A stretch of 64,000 nt of DNA from Fibrobacterales bacterium. GTDB lineage: Bacteria; Fibrobacterota; Fibrobacteria; Fibrobacterales; JAOPTW01. The stretch is taken from NCBI GenBank assembly GCA_051532055.1, contig JAOPTX010000003.1:1-64000 (forward strand). The letters are read 5' to 3'. The notes under the pieces are model-generated. The model made no database searches and was not told the origin of the DNA. It saw only the letters and a program-made list of their open reading frames with translations. The position numbers and the translations under genes were made by a program. Positions 9,048-17,429 of the stretch are shown here, in pieces (within the stretch, counting starts at the first letter, position 1; each line of letters begins with the position of its first letter).

Positions 9048-9593
9048 TCACTTCAAAGAATACTTTGCTAGATCGTTATATACAATCTGTCCCTCTTGTG
9101 AAGTTGAGTGATACAGTGTGAGGAAGGTGGGGTTTAAAGTTGAAAATTCTGGATGAGTTTCAAAAAACTCATAATCTTTTTGATGCAATCGATGTTTTGT
9201 ACGGGCTATGGTTATATGGGGTTTAAAATTAAGGTGAGTAACAGGGCAATAGCGTTCTACAATGGGTTTGAGTGTGTCATAGAGTTCTTTGATCCAGTGG
9301 TTTGGGTAATCAATAGGGAGATGGAGTATCGTTGATCGGTCCTTCTTCTTAAAATAGGTAACTTTTGAGACACAGATAGGTTGATAGAGTCCCGAAAAAT
9401 CATAATTACTTAATGTCTTAATGAGTTCATCAACCGAGTCTTGTGATTGTTCTCCCAGAAAGTGAATGGTCACATGGTAATTAATCCCATTGATCCAATT
9501 AAATGTTTTGAAATGCGTATAATACTCTGATAGAATAGTGCTTAACGCGTATTTTTCATCTTCAGGTATCTGTAATGCCAAAAAAACTTTCAT
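9048..9593 (-). CDS. thpR: RNA 2',3'-cyclic phosphodiesterase (2H family)
   Basis: Two HxT motifs (YHVTIHFLG, PHITIAR); start at MKVFLAL. Confidence 0.85.
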   Translation of the reverse strand: MKVFLALQIPEDEKYALSTILSEYYTHFKTFNWINGINYHVTIHFLGEQSQDSVDELIKTLSNYDFSGLYQPICVSKVTYFKKKDRSTILHLPIDYPNHWIKELYDTLKPIVERYCPVTHLNFKPHITIARTKHRLHQKDYEFFETHPEFSTLNPTFLTLYHSTSQEGQIVYNDLAKYSLK

Positions 9594-9673
9594 AAGTAAT
9601 CTACCTAAGTAAGGCCGCAATCAATTGTACTATTAAACTATTGAGAAGTCTAAAAATTATTTTGGGGGAAGGA

Positions 9674-9713
9674 AGGTCATTAATCACAATATATGTGATT
9701 AATGACCTCTTTT
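9674..9713. other. Perfect 15-bp inverted repeat (terminator-like or operator) between divergent genes
   Basis: AGGTCATTAATCACA-atata-TGTGATTAATGACCT followed by CTTTT. Confidence 0.6.
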
Positions 9714-9859
9714 GTATTCAGTCTAAATCATCACTGAAATATTGTAGATACTATACTCATGAGTAACCATGCAGATGCTTACGTTTAGTAAACATGTGAT
9801 TCTTCCAGTAAAATAGTATCTTTTAATCACTCAAATGATCTTTATTCAAAGGTACTATC

Positions 9860-10552
9860 ATGAATACTCTACAAGATAATAGCCAACGCGGCTCACTGCT
9901 ATTAATATTTGTCTATTTGGTTCTGGGACTTGAAATTGGCTGCTTATTTGTAAATTATTTGCAGTATGATCTACTACTTGGTGCTAAAAAAGGTGTCGCT
10001 ATTTCTATTGAAGTAGCAGAGGCAAATGACTTTCGTATAACGGGATTTTCTATTTCATATCTGGTGGTCTATTTGTTGTTTATTGTAGTCTTTATTAGAT
10101 GGTTCAAAAGAGCATATCGAAATGCAAAGCTGAAAGGAGCACTCATGACTTATTCCGAAAAATGGGCTATTTGGAGCTGGGTGACCCCATTTGCAAACCT
10201 CTACATACCTGTAAAAATGATGGGAGAATTGTTCAAAGAGACAAAGAGGCTTTTGTCGGGTGAGGAGTTTCAAGAAAGAGTATTTTTGTCTTCTACTATT
10301 GTCGGTGTTTGGTGGACCTTTTTTATTATCAATGGAATAGTAGGGCAGTTTTCATCGCGTATGGATACTGATACCATAGATCAGTTAATTAGTAGTACAC
10401 AGGTAGACATGCTCAGTTTTGCTCTCGGTGTCCCTTTGTCAATTGTTACAATACTTATGTTGAAAAACTATATGGCTGCAGAACCATATGTATTACAGCT
10501 CGCTATAAGTGATGAAAATGATCAGGTTGAGTCACTTCTTATTGATGATTAG
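9860..10552 (+). CDS. DUF4328-like membrane protein
   Basis: FIRWFKRAYRN, WAIWSWVTPFANLYIP, WW motifs; several TM segments. Confidence 0.75.
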   Translation: MNTLQDNSQRGSLLLIFVYLVLGLEIGCLFVNYLQYDLLLGAKKGVAISIEVAEANDFRITGFSISYLVVYLLFIVVFIRWFKRAYRNAKLKGALMTYSEKWAIWSWVTPFANLYIPVKMMGELFKETKRLLSGEEFQERVFLSSTIVGVWWTFFIINGIVGQFSSRMDTDTIDQLISSTQVDMLSFALGVPLSIVTILMLKNYMAAEPYVLQLAISDENDQVESLLIDD

Positions 10553-10718
10553 TCCAAGAGTATTGGTGGTGCAGTCATAAAAATAAGGTGGAATTGTGTG
10601 AGATCTAATGAGAAGAGAGTGATAAATAAAATTCTTATTTCACTACCTTATATTAGGTCAACAGATATACAGGACCGATCATGATATACCATAGGTTTTC
10701 AAAAAAAAAACACCCCTC

Positions 10719-10761
10719 TGTAACATTTGTCACTGAACTCCCACCTCAGTCAGTGTATCTT
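10719..10761 (+). promoter_or_regulatory. Operator TGTAACATTTGTCACTGAA plus -10 (TATCTT)
   Basis: Repeated at 11838 with identical 18-nt spacing to a -10-like hexamer. Confidence 0.65.
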
Positions 10762-10792
10762 TACTGTAAGAAGTAACTCCCACGGAGTATTC

Positions 10793-11818
10793 ATGGACAG
10801 TATAACTTTTCTCACATTCATAGGCTATTTCTCTGCACTTTTTATCGGTATCTCGCTTGGGATGATTGGCGGAGGAGGCTCAATCCTCACTGTGCCAATT
10901 TTGGTGTATCTCTTTGGTATTGAACCAATGCTCGCAACAGCCTATAGTCTTTTTGTCGTTGGTTCATCATCCCTTCTCGGTACCGTTTCTTATTTCAAAA
11001 AGGGTTTACTGAACCTTAAAACAGGGCTCATATTTGCACTCCCGTCTATTGTTGCGGTATTTTTAACCCGTAAATATCTCCTTGACTTATTCCCTGACTC
11101 TTTTAGTGCAATTATTCAGAATGAGTGGGTAAGCAATACGCTCTTCGGAATCACTCTTCTCGGTGGGCTCGCAATTGCAGCTGTTGTTCTAAAAAAGGCA
11201 TCTTCAGGAGATAAAAATATCAGTTTCTATAAAGTGTATGGTCTTATGGTTCCCGCCGCTCTTATGGTATTTGTAATTCGTCAATATCTTATCCCTATAG
11301 TTCCGGAGGTGTTCTCATTTGGCGAGGTCATCACCATTACAAAAGGGAGTGCTATAATGGTGCTCTTTGGGATGGTCATGTTCTTTGCTTCCTATGGTAT
11401 GATTCGTGAAAGGAAAAGGGAAGAACATTCAAAAAGTAGTTTGCCTCAATGGGGAGTTGTTGTTGCCATACTCTTTGAAGGTATGCTTGTAGGGACGGTT
11501 ACCGGTATCGTAGGTGCTGGTGGTGGTTTTCTCATAATCCCGGCGCTTGTCTTATTAGCGGGGCTCCCTATGAAGGTGGCCGTGGGTACTTCTCTCGCTA
11601 TTATATCAGTAAAATCGCTCCTCGGGTTTTTGGGTGATGTTTCAAATCAAGAGATCGATTGGTCCTTTTTAATTCTTTTTTCATCAATCAGTTTAGGAGG
11701 AATCTTTGTCGGGAGCTGGCTCAATGGATTCATATCACCAGATAAATTGAAAAAGGGATTTGGCTGGTTTGTGTTGGTGATGGCTGTGGTAATTCTTTCT
11801 AAAGAAATAATTGGATAA
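10793..11818 (+). CDS. Sulfite exporter TauE/SafE family protein
   Basis: GMIGGGGSILTVP and GIVGAGGGFLIIPAL motifs; start moved to ATG 10793 (GGAG RBS). Confidence 0.9.
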   Translation: MDSITFLTFIGYFSALFIGISLGMIGGGGSILTVPILVYLFGIEPMLATAYSLFVVGSSSLLGTVSYFKKGLLNLKTGLIFALPSIVAVFLTRKYLLDLFPDSFSAIIQNEWVSNTLFGITLLGGLAIAAVVLKKASSGDKNISFYKVYGLMVPAALMVFVIRQYLIPIVPEVFSFGEVITITKGSAIMVLFGMVMFFASYGMIRERKREEHSKSSLPQWGVVVAILFEGMLVGTVTGIVGAGGGFLIIPALVLLAGLPMKVAVGTSLAIISVKSLLGFLGDVSNQEIDWSFLILFSSISLGGIFVGSWLNGFISPDKLKKGFGWFVLVMAVVILSKEIIG

Positions 11819-11837
11819 TGTGTATGAGTGCTCGTTG

Positions 11838-11880
11838 TGTAACAAATGTCACTGAAACTAAGTAAATAATTGGGTAGATT
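11838..11880 (+). promoter_or_regulatory. Operator TGTAACAAATGTCACTGAA plus -10 (TAGATT)
   Basis: 17/19 identical to the site at 10719; same spacing. Confidence 0.65.
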
Positions 11881-11915
11881 ATAATTAATAGAGAAATATA
11901 GTAATAGAGGTCACA

Positions 11916-13316
11916 ATGAAAATCGAGCAAATATATACCGGGTGTTTAGCACAAGCAGCGTACTATATCGAATCAAAAGGTGAAGTGGCGATCATAGACC
12001 CCCTTCGTGAAAGTGACCCCTACATTCAGAAAGCTGAGCAAAATTGTGCAACCATCAAATATGTTTTCGAAACCCACTTTCATGCAGATTTTGTGACAGG
12101 GTGTGTTGCATTGGCCGAAAAAACGGGAGCCGATATTATTTATGGACCCGGAGCAGCTCCTGAATATGCTATTACTGTCGCTCAGGATGGTGAAGAATTC
12201 AAACTCGGTGACATTTTAATACGAGCGATACATACCCCAGGTCACACCATGGAGAGCACTACCTATATGGTGATAGACAACACGGGAAAAGAACATGCCC
12301 TTTTTACGGGTGATACTCTCTTTTTGGGAGATGTTGGGCGTCCTGATCTTTCAGTTAAATCTGATAAGACCGTTGAAGATCTTGCGAGTGACCTTTATGA
12401 AAGCCTCTATACAAAGATTATGCCACTTGCAGACCACCTTATTGTTTATCCGGGTCACGGTGCTGGGTCGGCCTGTGGTAAAAATATGAGCAAAGAGACA
12501 GTAGGGACTTTAGGTCAACAAAAAAAAGAAAACTATGCATTGGCCAATTTAAGTAAGGATGATTTTATCACCCAGGTCACTACAGGGCTTACTAAACCCC
12601 CGCAATACTTTCCCAAAAATGCAGTACTCAATAAACAAGGAGTTGCTGAGTCTGCAACCTTAGCGGAGATTCCTACAATTCCTGTAAGTGAAGTTGAACA
12701 GGTTCTCCATCAAGAATCGGCGTTACTCATTGATTCAAGGGTGGTTTCTGCATATGGATCTGGGCATATTCCAAAGAGTGTTAACTTTCCACTTAATGGG
12801 CAATTTGCGACATGGGTAGGCACCCTTGTCCCTGAGCTCAATCAAAAAATAGTTGTTGTTGCGGAACCAGGAGAAGAGGAGAGTACTCTTTTGAGACTTG
12901 CGCGGGTTGGGTATGATACTGTTATTGGAATAGTTGAAGGTGGATTTGAGGGATGGAAAACTTCGGGTAATCCCGTGGATGAAATACCTATGGTGTCGGC
13001 TGAAGAGTTTGCTAAGGTGGCCACGACTGAGCCCGTCCTAGATGTGCGGAATCCCTCTGAATATATTTCTCAACATGTGGACTCTGCATTTGTCACCAAT
13101 ATTCCTTTAGATCATCTATCGGAAAGGATGGCCGAAATTGATACGCAAAAAACCATCTATGTCCACTGTGCCGGTGGGTACCGTTCTATGATCGGAGTTT
13201 CCATGCTTAAAGCGCGTGGGTATCATAACCTTATTAACGTAAATGGCGGATTTAACAGTATTATGGGGGCAGGGGTTCCGGTTACTGCTTATGTTTGTCC
13301 GAGTACGATCGTTTAA
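11916..13316 (+). CDS. MBL-fold persulfide dioxygenase-like protein with two rhodanese domains (CstB-like)
   Basis: THFHADF, HTPGHT, FTGDTLF, PGHGAGSACG; C-terminal HCAGGYRS active loop. Confidence 0.9.
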   Translation: MKIEQIYTGCLAQAAYYIESKGEVAIIDPLRESDPYIQKAEQNCATIKYVFETHFHADFVTGCVALAEKTGADIIYGPGAAPEYAITVAQDGEEFKLGDILIRAIHTPGHTMESTTYMVIDNTGKEHALFTGDTLFLGDVGRPDLSVKSDKTVEDLASDLYESLYTKIMPLADHLIVYPGHGAGSACGKNMSKETVGTLGQQKKENYALANLSKDDFITQVTTGLTKPPQYFPKNAVLNKQGVAESATLAEIPTIPVSEVEQVLHQESALLIDSRVVSAYGSGHIPKSVNFPLNGQFATWVGTLVPELNQKIVVVAEPGEEESTLLRLARVGYDTVIGIVEGGFEGWKTSGNPVDEIPMVSAEEFAKVATTEPVLDVRNPSEYISQHVDSAFVTNIPLDHLSERMAEIDTQKTIYVHCAGGYRSMIGVSMLKARGYHNLINVNGGFNSIMGAGVPVTAYVCPSTIV

Positions 13317-13331
13317 ATTCACAAATAAATT

Positions 13332-13380
13332 AAGGGTCGAGGGTGATGGTTTCCTGGCAGCAATCACCCCTCGACCTTTT
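13332..13380 (+). terminator. Intrinsic terminator
   Basis: GGTCGAGGGTGAT...ATCACCCCTCGACC-TTTT. Confidence 0.75.
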
Positions 13381-13427
13381 ATAAATTTCTATACTTTTTA
13401 GTATGCCCATTTATTGAATATGTCTCT

Positions 13428-14054
13428 ATGATATTTGAAGAATTGTTTCCGAGTCTTTCTGATCCTCATCTCAATGCTCTTATTTTAAAACACGGCATAA
13501 AAAAGAAGGTTGATGCAGGGGACGTGGTGATTAAACCCGGAGACCCTATTCTATCTATCCCACTGCTGCTCAGTGGGTCATTAAAGATTCACCGAGTTGA
13601 TGCAGATGGCAACGAGATTTTTATTTACTTTTTGGCAGAAGGGGAGACATGTACAACCTCACTTACGTGTGGGGTTGAAGGTGCAGTCTCAGAAATAAAG
13701 GCAATTGCTGAAACGGACTCAGAACTCCTCCTTGTACCATATCGTTTTGTAGATGCATGGATCCAAGAGTTTGATTCATGGAAAAACTTTATTATTGGCT
13801 CCTATCAAAAACGGTATCGGGAATTACTTTCCACAATTGATTCCATTGCCTTTCATAAAATGGATGAGCGATTGATGCAATATTTAACAGAAAAGTCCAT
13901 TGCACAAAATAGCAATACGCTGAAAGGGACTCATCAAAATATTGCTGATGAGCTCCATACTACGCGAGAAGTGGTGAGTCGATTGTTAAAACAGCTCGAA
14001 AAAGAGGGTAAGGTGGTACTTGGTCGTAATGTCATTGTCTTAAATTATGAGTAA
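13428..14054 (+). CDS. Crp/Fnr family transcriptional regulator
   Basis: cNMP-binding-like N-terminal domain; HTH THQNIADELHTTREVVSRLLKQLE. Confidence 0.92.
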   Translation: MIFEELFPSLSDPHLNALILKHGIKKKVDAGDVVIKPGDPILSIPLLLSGSLKIHRVDADGNEIFIYFLAEGETCTTSLTCGVEGAVSEIKAIAETDSELLLVPYRFVDAWIQEFDSWKNFIIGSYQKRYRELLSTIDSIAFHKMDERLMQYLTEKSIAQNSNTLKGTHQNIADELHTTREVVSRLLKQLEKEGKVVLGRNVIVLNYE

Positions 14055-14162
14055 ACCCCATTTTTGAGTCATATTCAGTACTACTTTGTCATTTTAAGAT
14101 GATGTTTTTGGTAAAAAAATAGTATACTGTGGTGTCTCAATCTCTATTTTAGGGTACGTTAT

Positions 14163-17100
14163 ATGCCAATGATTAAGGGCCTTGCTTGCATTTTTTTCAC
14201 TTTCCTTTTTACCTCTTTAGCCCATGCCAATTTTTCAACAGTACAATTGACTCCAGAAGAACGTCTGTATGTAGAGAGTAATCCCGTGATTAGGGTGGGT
14301 AATTCTCCAGATTATGTTCCGTTCAATTTTCAAAAGGAAGGGATACCGGTTGGATATAGTATTGACCTTATTGAAATGCTGGCCCATAAAGTAGGGTTCA
14401 AGGTAAACTATGTACAAGAGTCATTTCCTCGGCAACTATCGCATTTGAGGTCGGGGGATATTGACCTTCTTATGTCCCTCTACAAAACTGCAGATCGTGA
14501 AAAGGATATTATTTTTAGTGAGCCGTATAAATCGGCAGACTTTGGAGTATTCGTTAATCAGGACAATAGTTCTATCTCTCAAATTTCAGATATTCATAAT
14601 CTCCGGGTCGCATTAGTGAAGGGTGATGCACTTAATGAGTCGGTAAAACAATCTATTTCAACAATCGAAGCCGTCTATGTTAATAGCTATCTTGAGGCTC
14701 TGAGGGCAGTCTCTTTAGGGAAGGCTGACGCAACAGTACAACTTATCTCAGTGGGAGGTCATTGGACGAAAAAGCAGGTTTTGACCAATTTACGTGTTGT
14801 CGGAGAAATCAATCAAACAAATTCCGGTGCATTTAGTTCACTGGTTAAAAATTATCATATTGGGGTTAATAAAAAAAATCCAATGCTCTATGGCATTATT
14901 TCTAAGGCCCTGGCAAGTGTTTCAGAAGGGGAATGGAGTAAGCTCGATATCCAATGGGTTAGGATGCCAGAATCAGATGAAAAGGATATTGCGGTATACC
15001 TCAATCAAAATGAGAGAGACTGGCTTAGGGAGCATCCAGTTATTCGTGTTGGGGTAGATCCAAAGTGGGCTCCTATAGAATTTAAGGATGAGAGTGGGCA
15101 CTATCATGGTGTTGCTATTGATTATTTAACATTGGTTCAAGAATACCTTAATGTTACGTTCGAAATTGTTAAGGGCCGCACCTGGAAACAACTTATGGGT
15201 GATGCGAAAGAGGGAAAGATTGATCTTTTAACAGCACTTTCCGAAACGCGGGAACGAGCTCAATTTTTAACCTTTACAGAGCCATACCTGGATTACCCTA
15301 TCGCTATTTTTACTCGTACAAATGGTTCATATATTTCGAGCCTTGTGGATTTGAAAGGTGCACATGTTGCAGTTGTTTCAGGGTATGCCATTGAAGAGTG
15401 GCTCACTCAGGACTATCCCTATCTTAATTTAGAGTCTGTCTCTTCGATAGAAATAGCACTAGAATTACTTCAAGGAGGGGATGTTGATGCTGTTGTCGAA
15501 AATTTAGCAACTACAGGCTACTATATTGGTAAACATAATATGCATACGATCAAAGTTGCGGGTACTACTGAATATCGTAATGAACTTACTATGGGAGTAC
15601 GTAAAGATTGGGGAATATTAAAAGACATTATTCAAAAGGTCCTCAAGGCGATTCCCGATAAAAAACATCATCAGATATATAGTTCTTGGAGTACGGTACA
15701 GTATGATCACACATTTAATTTTGGCACACTCGTTAAAGTTTTTGGCATAGTATTGTCTATTGCATTGATCATTCTTATTTGGAATTGGAAATTGCGTAAA
15801 GAGGTGACGAGCCGGACTCACAAGCTTGCTCGGGCTGAGAAGCTTTACAAAGAGTTCATTGAGGTGAGTAGCCAGGGAGTGTGTATATTGGAATTTTCTC
15901 CCCCACTTGATACTACTTTACCTTATGATACACAAGTTTCTATCATACAGACCTCACTAAAGATAGTCGAATGTAATGATGCATTTGCGCGACTCTATGG
16001 CTTCAATTCCATAGAAGATACCATTGGTAATTCTCTAGGGACCCTTTTTGGTGATGATGAATCTGGATCGCATGTCATTACTCGGTGGATAGATCAGAAA
16101 TATGCGTTTAAAAATATTGAGCTTGAGCAGGTAACTCAAGCAGGTGCTCAACAATATGTACTTATTAATTTGTTGAGTAAAATGAGTGGAAAGAAAATTA
16201 CTTCAATCATGGGGACTGTTGCTGATCTTACCGATTTTAGAGATCTAGAACAACGCGTTCGTCAAAATGAAAAGATGGATGCTATCGGGAATCTTGCAGG
16301 GGGAATCGCTCACGACTTCAATAATATTTTGGGTGGGATCTATGGCTTTACTCAGATATCAATGAAATATGCTGAAGAGGGGAGCAAGCTTAAGCGTAAT
16401 TTAAACCAAATTAAGGTTGCTGCAGATAGAGCAAAGGATTTGATTGATAAAATTTTGCGGTTTAGTAGAAAAGGAGAAACTATTGCTGAACCCCTATTGC
16501 TTTCGCCTATAATTAAAGAGGTTGTAGGATTGCTCAGGGCTACTATACCTAAGACAGTTGTATTTGAAGAGCACCTGAGTGATGATACTCGGGCAGTTAT
16601 GGCTAACGCTACCAATATACATGAACTCTTAATGAATGTGTGTAGCAATGCCGCCTATGCTATGAATAATCGGGGTAAAATCACAGTATCCCATGAAGAA
16701 ATTGTTCTCTCTGAGGGAGTGATGGGGTATTGTGGTGAGTCAATTCCAGGTGCCTATTCAGTGGTCACAGTTCGTGATACTGGGCCAGGAATTGCGCGTG
16801 ATACATTGAGTAAAGTTTTTGACCCTTACTTTACCACCAAACCTATTGGGTCTGGTACAGGGATGGGCCTCGCAGTTGTTCATGGTATAATGAATGAAAT
16901 CGGGGGGAATATTATTATTGATACTTCGGCAGGGAGGGGAAGTGCTTTTAAGTTTTACCTACCCAAAACTGATAAGAAAGTAAAATATTATCACCCAAAA
17001 ACTTCGAATCAATTAGAGGGTAAAGGATTGGTGTTATTGGTTGATGATGAACCACCGCTTATTGAAGTTGGAAAAGAAATACTTGAGGATTTAGGGTATA

Positions 17101-17390
17101 CCGTAGAAGCGTATACCGATCCATCTCATGCAGTGAGAGCAATTGAAAGGGAGCCTGAAAAATTTGCTCTTATGATTACAGACCAAACTATGCCTGGTAT
17201 GACTGGAACAGAGCTTGCTGGAGTAGCCGAAATTCGCGCTCCGAAACTTCCGGTAATTCTCTGCACTGGTTATAACTTGAGACATAACAGCGTGAGCCTT
17301 GTCAATAACATAAAAGCGGTATTAAAAAAGCCCTATAATATTGAAGAGCTCAAAGGTTTGCTGTCTGATGTGATCGATGGTAAAAAATAA
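14163..17390 (+). CDS. Hybrid sensor histidine kinase (two periplasmic SBP domains, TM, PAS-like, HisKA, HATPase, REC)
   Basis: IAHDFNN H-box, DTGPGI, FTTK...GTGMGL, receiver VDDE...TDQTMP...KP. Confidence 0.93.
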   Translation: MPMIKGLACIFFTFLFTSLAHANFSTVQLTPEERLYVESNPVIRVGNSPDYVPFNFQKEGIPVGYSIDLIEMLAHKVGFKVNYVQESFPRQLSHLRSGDIDLLMSLYKTADREKDIIFSEPYKSADFGVFVNQDNSSISQISDIHNLRVALVKGDALNESVKQSISTIEAVYVNSYLEALRAVSLGKADATVQLISVGGHWTKKQVLTNLRVVGEINQTNSGAFSSLVKNYHIGVNKKNPMLYGIISKALASVSEGEWSKLDIQWVRMPESDEKDIAVYLNQNERDWLREHPVIRVGVDPKWAPIEFKDESGHYHGVAIDYLTLVQEYLNVTFEIVKGRTWKQLMGDAKEGKIDLLTALSETRERAQFLTFTEPYLDYPIAIFTRTNGSYISSLVDLKGAHVAVVSGYAIEEWLTQDYPYLNLESVSSIEIALELLQGGDVDAVVENLATTGYYIGKHNMHTIKVAGTTEYRNELTMGVRKDWGILKDIIQKVLKAIPDKKHHQIYSSWSTVQYDHTFNFGTLVKVFGIVLSIALIILIWNWKLRKEVTSRTHKLARAEKLYKEFIEVSSQGVCILEFSPPLDTTLPYDTQVSIIQTSLKIVECNDAFARLYGFNSIEDTIGNSLGTLFGDDESGSHVITRWIDQKYAFKNIELEQVTQAGAQQYVLINLLSKMSGKKITSIMGTVADLTDFRDLEQRVRQNEKMDAIGNLAGGIAHDFNNILGGIYGFTQISMKYAEEGSKLKRNLNQIKVAADRAKDLIDKILRFSRKGETIAEPLLLSPIIKEVVGLLRATIPKTVVFEEHLSDDTRAVMANATNIHELLMNVCSNAAYAMNNRGKITVSHEEIVLSEGVMGYCGESIPGAYSVVTVRDTGPGIARDTLSKVFDPYFTTKPIGSGTGMGLAVVHGIMNEIGGNIIIDTSAGRGSAFKFYLPKTDKKVKYYHPKTSNQLEGKGLVLLVDDEPPLIEVGKEILEDLGYTVEAYTDPSHAVRAIEREPEKFALMITDQTMPGMTGTELAGVAEIRAPKLPVILCTGYNLRHNSVSLVNNIKAVLKKPYNIEELKGLLSDVIDGKK

Positions 17391-17429
17391 AGGTACCTAC
17401 ATATCTAAAGGCACCTTCTCTTATTGAAA

